Source: Candidatus Gilichinskyi gelida (GTDB lineage Bacteria; Acidobacteriota; Thermoanaerobaculia; Gp7-AA8). Taken from it: a stretch of DNA of 64,000 nt. The position numbers and the translations under genes are program-made. Shown piece after piece: positions 1-7,503 of the stretch. The notes under the pieces are model-generated. The model was not told the DNA's origin. It ran no database searches and saw only the letters and a program-made list of their open reading frames with translations. How positions within the stretch are numbered: position 1 is the first letter of the stretch; every line of letters starts with the position of its first letter. Where the stretch lies: assembly GCA_038040385.1 (NCBI GenBank), contig JBBPII010000019.1, forward strand, positions 32,886 to 96,885, in the 5' to 3' direction.

Positions 1-902
1 AGCAGGCCGAGGCAGAAGGCCATTGACATCCCCTCGTACGGCGGCGGCTCGCCGGTGTAGTAATCGGCGAGCGGCAGCGCGCTGACGAAGAGGTACTTGC
101 CGGCGGTCCAGTCGGGGCTGACGCGGGTCAGGATGGTGCCGCCGATGAGCGACGCGAGCATGGTGCCGATCGCCGCGGCGCTGGATCGAAAGATAACCGA
201 GAGCAAGAGCGCAATCGACGCGACGGCCAGCAGCGCGTACCACTCCAGGCCGTAGGCGATCAGCGTGTCCTTCCACAGCGGCAACTGGCGCACGGCGTCG
301 ACGCGGAACGCGCCGCGGGCGACGGAGAAGCCGGTGAAGGTCGGTGCACCCCATCCGCCTCTCGGCAGGAACGGCGCGGCCACCAGATAGGCCATCACCG
401 CCCCGGCGAACAGCGTGAGCGTGGCGAACATCCAGAGCGTGATGAGTTTCGCGGTGAGGATCTTCCAGCGGCGGACGGGGCGCGTCAGCAGCAGTTTGTC
501 CGTCCCCTCGGAGCTCTCCGCGGAGACGATGTCGCTGCCGAGGACGCCGACCAACAGCGGGAGGAGGAGGAAGCCGGCGACATTGGCGAAGGTGCGGACG
601 AAGAGCGGCGCGGTCGGTTTGTCCGGCTCGATGTCGTGGTCGAGGTAGAACTGCAACCGGTTGATCTCCGCGCGCATCGATCGCTGCCAGGTCTCGTTCG
701 CTCGGCCGCGGCGCAGAGCGTTCTGATATCTGGCCACACGCTCCTGGACCTCCGCGCGCCAGTTGCGGTTGCGCTGGTTGATGAGGCGCTGGTACTGCGA
801 GTAGGTGACGATGGCCAGGATGGAGAAGAGGATGGCCACCACGACCGTAAAGCGCCGCCGCCGGAGGAGTTTGAGGGTCTCGTTCTCGATGAGGGGGAGC
901 AT
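1..902 (-). CDS. ABC-2 type transporter permease (3' end runs off the window)
   Basis: Manual translation from ATG 902: MLPLIENETLKLLRRRRFTVVVAILF...SDIVSAESSEGTDKLLLTRPVRRWKILTAKL. This has the ABC-2 permease motif and several hydrophobic segments. Not in the ORF track because there is no stop inside the window. Confidence 0.88.
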   Translation of the reverse strand, partial: MLPLIENETLKLLRRRRFTVVVAILFSILAIVTYSQYQRLINQRNRNWRAEVQERVARYQNALRRGRANETWQRSMRAEINRLQFYLDHDIEPDKPTAPLFVRTFANVAGFLLLPLLVGVLGSDIVSAESSEGTDKLLLTRPVRRWKILTAKLITLWMFATLTLFAGAVMAYLVAAPFLPRGGWGAPTFTGFSVARGAFRVDAVRQLPLWKDTLIAYGLEWYALLAVASIALLLSVIFRSSAAAIGTMLASLIGGTILTRVSPDWTAGKYLFVSALPLADYYTGEPPPYEGMSMAFCLGL

Positions 903-924
903 CGCGCGGCGGTAGGGTACACCG

Positions 925-1718
925 CTATGCGGGACGGAGCTTTTTGTAGGGAAGCTGCACCAGGATGCGGATCATCTCCGCGACGACGCAGTCGGCGAGC
1001 GGGCCGCGCGTGGCGAAGATCTTGAGGTTGCCGGGGGATACGGCGCCGCCCGGGCGCGTGTGGAAAACAAACGTCTCGAAAACCGCGTGATCGAGCGGCG
1101 AGAGGCCCTCTCGTTTCAGAGCATCGGTGACCCGCTGCTGGACCCGCCACGCCGCCTGGGCGAAGAGGAAGACGAAATTGTCGCGCGCGTTGCCCGAGAG
1201 GAGCGTCGACCACATGTCCCAGGCGACCGCGCTTGTTCGGCCTGCGGGAATCTGTCTTCCGATGCGAGAGCCCCGGCGTGCTGCTCGAGATACGCGCGCT
1301 GTTTAGCGTTTTCTGCGGGCGATCCGGCGATCTGCTTGCGCACCTCGTCGAGGGCGGGATCGAGCACGGCGACCAGCGCGACGATGAGCTCTTGACCCTT
1401 GGCGCGCTCCGCGCCGTACTCCATCTTCAGAACGGCATCGCGCAGCAGTTGCAGGTAGGTTCCCAGGCCTTGGCCGTGATTCTCACTCGGCCCCGGGGCC
1501 GGAGTCGATGAGCCGGTGCTGTTGACGCGGTAGGGACAAGACTTCGATTCCGGTGTGCGCGCGTAGTGCGCGAGGTAGTGTGTGGCCGCGATGGAGATGC
1601 GCTTCATCAGCGGCTCTCGGCAGTGCGGACAGACAATCTGCAGTCGTAGGCAGTCGTCGTAACCCAGTTGCGCAGCGCGGTACTGCTGGCCGTCCTGGTT
1701 GCCGTAGCCGAGATCCAT
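925..1718 (-). pseudogene. Frameshifted hypothetical gene with an N-terminal CPxC...H...C zinc-ribbon-like (CoiA-N-like) motif
   Basis: ORF 1116..1718 (IVCPHCREPL...HYLAHY...SCPYR) turns into low-complexity sequence after QAEQA at ~1232. A protein-like frame (AVAWDMWSTLL...LPYKKLRPA*) continues to 925. Confidence 0.55.
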
Positions 1719-1754
1719 CGGCGTGACCGTCAGGGTGGAAGTATAGACCGATCG

Positions 1755-2651
1755 TCAGTCCACCGTTTCCCCGCCGGTGGCCTCCAGGAACATCTGCTCG
1801 AGGCTCTCCACGCGGCGCTGTGCATGAAACACCGCGACGTTCGCCGCGGCCAACGCGGCGATGAGCGGCGGGGTGTCGCTCTCCTCGATGGATACCCAGA
1901 GGCGGTCGCCGTCGGCGTGCACGGAAAGGCCGCGCTCGCGGATGATGGCGCCGGCGCGCGAGGGGTCGTCGACGCGCAACTCCATCTCGCGGCGGCTGGA
2001 GATCAGCTCGCGCACCGAGCCCTCCTTGAGAATGCGGCCATGGTGAATGATCGCCACGCGATCGCACATCAACTCGACTTCGCCGAGGAGGTGGCTGGAG
2101 ACGAAGACGCTCATCTGCCGCTCCTCGGCGAGCTGGCGGAGCAGCTCGCGGATCTCGCGGATGCCGGCGGGATCGAGGCCATTGGCCGGCTCGTCGAGGA
2201 TGAGGACGCGCGGGCTGCCGAGCATGGCCTGCGCGATGCCCAGCCGCTGCCGCATGCCGAGGGAGTAGGTGCCGACGCGCTGGTCGAGGCGGTGGGCGAG
2301 CGAGACCAGCGACGCCACGCGCTCGATCTCCGCGGCGTCCGCGCCCAGCATGCGCGCGAAGTGCTGCAGGTTCTCGCGGCCGGTCATGAAGCGATAGAGA
2401 TCGGGGTTCTCGACGATGCAGCCGATGCAGCGCATCGCCTTCTCGAACTGGCGGCGGATGTCGTGGCCGCAGATGGTCACCGTCCCTGAGGTCGGGCGGA
2501 TGAGGCCCACCAGCATGCGGATGGTGGTGGTCTTCCCGGCGCCGTTCGGACCGAGGAAGCCGAAGACTTCGCCGGGTCGGAGATCGAACGAGACGGAGTC
2601 GACGATCGTCCGTTTGCCGATGACTTTGGTAAGGTTGCGCGCCGAGAGCAT
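1755..2651 (-). CDS. ABC transporter ATP-binding protein
   Basis: Walker A GPNGAGKT, signature YSLGMRQR, Walker B LILDEP, SSH H-loop. Likely start MLSARNL at 2651 (GTG 2693 is an alternative). Confidence 0.95.
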   Translation of the reverse strand: MLSARNLTKVIGKRTIVDSVSFDLRPGEVFGFLGPNGAGKTTTIRMLVGLIRPTSGTVTICGHDIRRQFEKAMRCIGCIVENPDLYRFMTGRENLQHFARMLGADAAEIERVASLVSLAHRLDQRVGTYSLGMRQRLGIAQAMLGSPRVLILDEPANGLDPAGIREIRELLRQLAEERQMSVFVSSHLLGEVELMCDRVAIIHHGRILKEGSVRELISSRREMELRVDDPSRAGAIIRERGLSVHADGDRLWVSIEESDTPPLIAALAAANVAVFHAQRRVESLEQMFLEATGGETVD

Positions 2652-3411
2652 GCGTCGCCTGACGTTCTGGTTCCTGCCGCTGACCGCCGCCACCGTCGCG
2701 GTGCTGACGTTCGGCGCCGGATTCTACTCATTCCTCCGCGGCGACACCGGAACGCCGGTGAACATCGTGTCGCCATCGCGGACCGACGTCACCGCGCCGC
2801 GGGCGACGGTGGTACCGCTGATCGTCGGCGACTCGCTGGCCCGCGGCACCGGCGACGAGACCGGTCTCGGCATCGGCGGGCGGCTGGTCGAGGAGCTCCG
2901 GCAACGGCGCGTGCCGGTGAAGAACGCTGTGAACCTCGCCGTCAACGGCGCGCGCACGCGCGACCTCGAGCAGCAGCTCGAGAGCCGCAACATACGGCGC
3001 CTCATCGCCGAGTCGAACGTGGTCATCGTCTCCATCGGCGGCAACGACCTGTGGGGCGACGCGAACAATTTCCGCAGCGCGCCGCCGCGCGATCCGGAGC
3101 GGGTGATGGGCGAGGTGCTGGAGCGGGTGACGAAGGCGGTGCGCACCATCCGCGCCGCGAATGAAACAGCGCGCATCTTCGTCATCGGCTTGTACAACCC
3201 GTTCGGCAGCGAGCCGATGGGCCGCGTGCTCACGCCGTTCGTCAACCGATGGAACGCCAGCCTCGCGCAGCGCTTCGCCGCCGACCCCAACGTGATCGTG
3301 GTCCAGACCTCGGATCTCTTCGCGTATCGCGACCGGCTGTCGCTCGATCGCTTCCATCCTGCGAACGAGGGATACGCGCTGATCGCGCGGCGCATCGCGG
3401 ACGCGCTGTAG
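2650..3411 (+). CDS. SGNH/GDSL hydrolase with an N-terminal membrane anchor
   Basis: GDSL, NLAVNGA, SIGGND and DRFHP blocks; hydrophobic N-terminus from MRRLTFW. Confidence 0.93.
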   Translation: MRRLTFWFLPLTAATVAVLTFGAGFYSFLRGDTGTPVNIVSPSRTDVTAPRATVVPLIVGDSLARGTGDETGLGIGGRLVEELRQRRVPVKNAVNLAVNGARTRDLEQQLESRNIRRLIAESNVVIVSIGGNDLWGDANNFRSAPPRDPERVMGEVLERVTKAVRTIRAANETARIFVIGLYNPFGSEPMGRVLTPFVNRWNASLAQRFAADPNVIVVQTSDLFAYRDRLSLDRFHPANEGYALIARRIADAL

Positions 3412-3610
3412 GTGGAGGACAGATCCACGAATAGTCATCGACGGAGGCCGAGATCGGCATCGCGAGCTGGTCCGGTTTCCACTCAGATCCGAAGCGCCGA
3501 AGTGAAGATCGATCTGAGCGCACCACATGGGTTCACGATCTTTGGCTCGCGCGCGCATGCGTTGAAACGTTCCGTTCCTCCTCGTCACTACATAAACACC
3601 AGGAGGAGTT

Positions 3611-4168
3611 ATGGACAAAACAGACGAAGCAACAAAAGTTCCGTCATACGTCTCTGCCACGCCGGCCGACAGCTTCTACCGCGGCGGCGAAGCGGTCATC
3701 GCGAAAGTACCGCAGGGATACGACGCGAAGATCAACATTCGGTTCGTTCCGGGGCGCGACATCCCGATCGTTCCGCTGGAGCGCCACTGCCGTGCGCGAC
3801 AGGGAGCGCCGCGACGCGATGCTCCCACGGTCGCGCTTCCGCCGGATCTCGTGCGCAAGCTTTCCGACGCGGACAAGAAAGTCACCCAATGGCTGAGTAA
3901 AGACGCGGCCAACGCTCAGCTTTTCCTGGTACGGCCAGTGGAGGCTTTGCTCAGGGCAGGCGTCGATCTCACTCGCGCCGAGCAGAAAGTGCTCGACCGC
4001 AGCCACCGCGCCGCCAGCGAGGAGCGCGTCATCGCTCCGGGCGTGAAGGTCGCGCAGTTGTCCGTGACGGCATCGACGAAAGGCCGGGTCGGCGATCCGC
4101 GCCCTCGACCGAAGAAGAATCATGAAGACGGCGATTGCGGCTGCGGCGAATCCGGGAAGAAGGAGTAA
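3611..4168 (+). CDS. Hypothetical protein, 185 aa, C-terminal DCGCG
   Basis: Strong SD AGGAGGAG; 3 nt gap to the next gene. No family recognised. Confidence 0.75.
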   Translation: MDKTDEATKVPSYVSATPADSFYRGGEAVIAKVPQGYDAKINIRFVPGRDIPIVPLERHCRARQGAPRRDAPTVALPPDLVRKLSDADKKVTQWLSKDAANAQLFLVRPVEALLRAGVDLTRAEQKVLDRSHRAASEERVIAPGVKVAQLSVTASTKGRVGDPRPRPKKNHEDGDCGCGESGKKE

Positions 4169-4171
4169 GCC

Positions 4172-6349
4172 ATGGCACTCGATCGCACTAGCGGCTTCGA
4201 CATGCTCGTTCAGATCTCCGAGACCGAGTTGAACAACCAACTGGCGACGCTCTTCCTCGCCGGCAGCGGATTCCCGACCATGTTGAGCGTTCCGATCAAC
4301 ATGGGCGCCGTCGTCGGAACCGCGACGCTCAATTTCGGCACGCCAACCGCGGATCTCGATCGTCCGCGGCCGCAGATGGGGCTGACCCTTCCGTTCACGA
4401 ACTCACAACTGCAAGTCACGGCACCGTTGCCGGCGACGCTCGCGCCGCTCGGCGGAACGATCACCATCGTCGACGCCATCGAAATGATCACCCAGGGGAC
4501 GAATCAGATCGCCACGATGGACTTCAACAACGGCGCGCCGAACGTGACGGTCTTTTTCGACGTGCCGTCGCAAGCCATTCTCGCGCCGGCGCTCGCCGCA
4601 GCGGGACTCACGCTCGCCCAAGCGCAGAACCTGATGGCCGGCTTCGTGGTCCAGCAACTCCAGACATCCATGGGACGTCTCGACCTCACACCGCCGATTC
4701 CGGTCGTCGACGATGCAGACCCGACCACCGTCTTCGACATCGACGTCACCACGGTGAACGACACGAGTGTCTCCGACCGCGACTGCCTCACGTTCGGCGT
4801 GCGCATGGCCAATGACTCCGGCGGGAACATCAACGGAGTGACGACGTCGTTCATACCGGCTGGCAGCGAGTCGCTCGTCATGATGAGCAACTTCTGGCTG
4901 CTCGCGCGCGTCATGCGCCCGCGCGTTGCGGCGGCGCTCGGCCTGAGCGTGACCGACTTCGATACGCCGCTGCGCCTGAATCACAACGTTGCGGCGCCCG
5001 GCGGCCAGGGAACGCTCACGAACCTCGAGGCACGCGTGGAAGGCAACCGCATCCGCGTGGACGGCCGCGCCACCGCCTCCGGCACCGGCTGGTCAGCCGA
5101 GTCGAACTTCACATTCTTCATCGACATCACGCTGTCGGGCGGTGCCATCAACGTCGTTGCGACGACGCCAACGGTCGATACCGACGTCGATCTGGCGTGG
5201 TGGGTCTGGCTTCTCTCCCTCGGACTCGGCGCGCTTTTCGGCGGCATCATCGGCGCCATCATCGCCGCGATCGTCCTTGCGATCGTCGAGGCAGTCGCCG
5301 AAGGCATCGTCAACAATCTCGTGTCCAGCGGCATCGGCGGAGCGCTTGGAGGCATCCCGGCAATTCCGCTTGGTCCGATTGGCGGAGGGTTGACCCTGAA
5401 CACGATCATCCTCGATGACCTGGAGCTCCGCTGCTCGATCATCCGGTCCGTCTCCGTTCCGATGAAGAACAGTGGCTCATATGCATCGCTGGCAGCGCTC
5501 GCGATCGATCTGGACACCGGAATGGTTCGCAGCAGCGCCTTCGCCACTGCGGATTTGGTGTGGGACGGTGGTATGACGCTTTCGACGAATGGCCCGGCCG
5601 GTCTCACCATCACCGGAACTTCGTTCGGCTCGTTGACGCCGGTACAGATCTCACGACTTTCGCTGTCGTCACACAACATCTCGGCAACGCTCATTCCCTT
5701 GGCCGCCCCTCCCTCGTTTCCGTTCTTCAGTCACCAGGCGGTCATCTTCGGAGTTCGTACCGCGGAAGGGCGACTGGCGAAAGTGCGCGCTTGGCGCAAT
5801 GTCTTCGCGGGCGGCCGGTTGGAACTGGAGTGGGCAACCTACGACACGCCGATCCCGCAACTCGATATCGCGGGACGTTGGTCAGTGGTCGAGCGCGGAC
5901 CGTCGACGGAGTACATCACGCCGGACTGCTCGTACTGCACCTCACGGACCGTGCGCCGCATCGGTCACTTCGAAGCGTGGCCACGTCTCGTGGCGTTCCC
6001 GATCGACTACCAATTCTGCCTATGCGGCACGGTGCTCGCCGAAGGCGAAGGAACCGTGTCGACGGCGAACGGGCCGCTCGATTACAAACTCGAGGGGCGA
6101 CGTCTGACCATCGAGACCGACATGGGACAGAACGTCGACTGCGAATTGTGCGTCAGCGCCATCGACGCGCGCGGACAGGAGCTCTTCACCTGCACGCAGC
6201 TGTCGCAGCGCGGTATCGAGAATCGCTGCCGTCGGTGCGCCCCGAAATCGGTTCGTACGCGGACGGACATCGTGCCGGCACAGGCGGCGCTGAACGCGTG
6301 GCGGCCACTGATCACCGACGGCTACGACAAGATAACGAACGCGCAGTAG
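4172..6349 (+). CDS. Large multidomain hypothetical protein (beta-rich N-terminus, hydrophobic Gly-rich hairpin, Cys-rich C-terminus)
   Basis: 725 aa ORF with SD AAGGAG; central segment WWVWLLSLGLGALFGGIIGAIIAAIVLAIV; no obvious signal peptide. Confidence 0.85.
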   Translation: MALDRTSGFDMLVQISETELNNQLATLFLAGSGFPTMLSVPINMGAVVGTATLNFGTPTADLDRPRPQMGLTLPFTNSQLQVTAPLPATLAPLGGTITIVDAIEMITQGTNQIATMDFNNGAPNVTVFFDVPSQAILAPALAAAGLTLAQAQNLMAGFVVQQLQTSMGRLDLTPPIPVVDDADPTTVFDIDVTTVNDTSVSDRDCLTFGVRMANDSGGNINGVTTSFIPAGSESLVMMSNFWLLARVMRPRVAAALGLSVTDFDTPLRLNHNVAAPGGQGTLTNLEARVEGNRIRVDGRATASGTGWSAESNFTFFIDITLSGGAINVVATTPTVDTDVDLAWWVWLLSLGLGALFGGIIGAIIAAIVLAIVEAVAEGIVNNLVSSGIGGALGGIPAIPLGPIGGGLTLNTIILDDLELRCSIIRSVSVPMKNSGSYASLAALAIDLDTGMVRSSAFATADLVWDGGMTLSTNGPAGLTITGTSFGSLTPVQISRLSLSSHNISATLIPLAAPPSFPFFSHQAVIFGVRTAEGRLAKVRAWRNVFAGGRLELEWATYDTPIPQLDIAGRWSVVERGPSTEYITPDCSYCTSRTVRRIGHFEAWPRLVAFPIDYQFCLCGTVLAEGEGTVSTANGPLDYKLEGRRLTIETDMGQNVDCELCVSAIDARGQELFTCTQLSQRGIENRCRRCAPKSVRTRTDIVPAQAALNAWRPLITDGYDKITNAQ

Positions 6350-6599
6350 CCCTCTCCTCCGGGAACGTGCCGCGTCGAGGACTGACGCGGTACGTCTCCC
6401 TTGTGAGTCAGCTGTAGCTCGTAGTGCTCTATTGGCTGTGCCCGCAAAATGAAAATTGCCGCCCTTTCGGGGGCGAAGCTCCGGAGCGCGCAAAACCATT
6501 TCACCTTGTGAGACATCACGCGACGGACAACTTTCATGGATGAGTGCCGCAAAAAGTAAATGCCGCCAAATGGCGGCTGGTGAGTCACTTAGTTTAGGT

Positions 6600-6676
6600 T
6601 GGCGGGGCCGACGGAGCTCGAACCCGCGACCTCCAGCGTGACAGGCCGGCGTTCTAACCGGCTGAACTCTCGCCCA
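6600..6676 (-). tRNA. tRNA-Asp(GTC), degenerate at the 5' acceptor strand (possible pseudo-tRNA or att remnant)
   Basis: Minus strand reads TGGGCGAGAGTTCAGCCGGTTAGAACGCCGGCCTGTCACGCTGGAGGTCGCGGGTTCGAGCTCCGTCGGCCCCGCCA. D, anticodon and T arms and the CCA end are present; the acceptor stem pairs only 4/7. Confidence 0.85.
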
Positions 6677-6816
6677 GGCTAGAAGCAACTGTGGGCCGCG
6701 TGATAACAGGGCAGTTAGCGTCGGGGAAGCACGATCTTGTAAGCCTCACAAGCCTCAGGTCGCGCGGCCCGGGCGTGGAACACTTGTTATTGGAGTGCGC
6801 TTCGCCGGCTCACGGC

Positions 6817-7229
6817 CTACCAGTACGCGGCGACGCCGAAGTCTTTCAGGCGCTTCGCGAGCTTCTGGTCGAAGGTCGCTACGGCGTCGTATCGGTTGGT
6901 CGTCGCCACGGCGACGATCGCGGCATCGGCGAGTGAGGGGAGCGGATTCGGCCACACTTCCATAACGCGTTTCCATGGGCAGTCGTCGATGAGCTGCACG
7001 CCCGGGAAGGTGATGACGGAGCGGATCACGGACGCAAGCCGTTCGCCGGTGAGGCCGTATTGGCTCTGCAGGACGTACGTGACTTCAAAGACCACGAACT
7101 GCGGAAGGATTGCGGCGATCTCGCCCTCTTCCGTTCTTGAGAGGAGCGCTCGCGCCGCGGCGCGCTGCGCTTCGTTTCGCTCGATGAGAACGAGACGACG
7201 ACGTTCGCATCGATGACGACGCTGCGCAC
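6817..7229 (-). pseudogene. PIN-domain (VapC-like) toxin, frameshifted
   Basis: MRSVVIDANVVVSF, then a 1-nt shift at ~7187 into IERNEAQRAAARALL...FEVTYVL...LADAAIVAVA...VATFDQKL. Confidence 0.8.
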
Positions 7230-7230
7230 G

Positions 7231-7461
7231 TCAGATGCGTCCTCTGGTCTTCCGCGCTTCGGCGACAGCCTTCACGGCATCGGTCGGGCCGTGCTTGAGG
7301 AAGCCTTCTCATTGGTAGAGCGCCGGCCGTTCGGTCGTAATGGCGACGCGGCCGCCGCTGATTTCCCACGTGAGTTTGTCTCCCGGACCGATGTCGAGCG
7401 CATCGCGGACTTCCTTCGGCACGGTCGTTTGGCCTTTGCTGGTGATGATCGAAGTAGGCAT
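7231..7461 (-). pseudogene. AbrB/MazE/SpoVT-type antitoxin with an internal stop
   Basis: MPTSIITSKGQTTVPKEVRDALDIGPGDKLTW...LYQ*EGFLKHGPTDAVKAVAEARKTRGRI*, with an in-frame TGA at 7309-7311. Confidence 0.8.
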
Positions 7462-7470
7462 GTGTGTGTC

Positions 7471-7498
7471 TCCTTACTAAGTGTATCTCGGGTAAGGA
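7471..7498 (-). promoter_or_regulatory. Toxin-antitoxin promoter/operator: TCCTTAC...GTAAGGA inverted repeat flanking a TACACT -10 box and overlapping the SD
   Basis: Perfect 7-bp inverted repeat (7471-7477 and 7492-7498) directly upstream of the antitoxin ATG. Confidence 0.6.
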
Positions 7499-7503
7499 CG
7501 CCG

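Noticed and set aside
6440-6500. Possible c-di-GMP-I riboswitch (GCAAA motifs, GAAA-loop hairpin)
   Set aside because: The motifs are not in the required order on a single strand, and no gene is positioned downstream.
7309-7311. In-frame TGA as selenocysteine or recoding
   Set aside because: The context fits a Trp-to-stop mutation, the partner toxin is also broken, and TGA is used as a normal stop throughout the window.
3412-7500. Intact prophage or integrative element at the tRNA
   Set aside because: No integrase, transposase, phage structural gene or second att repeat was seen in the window.
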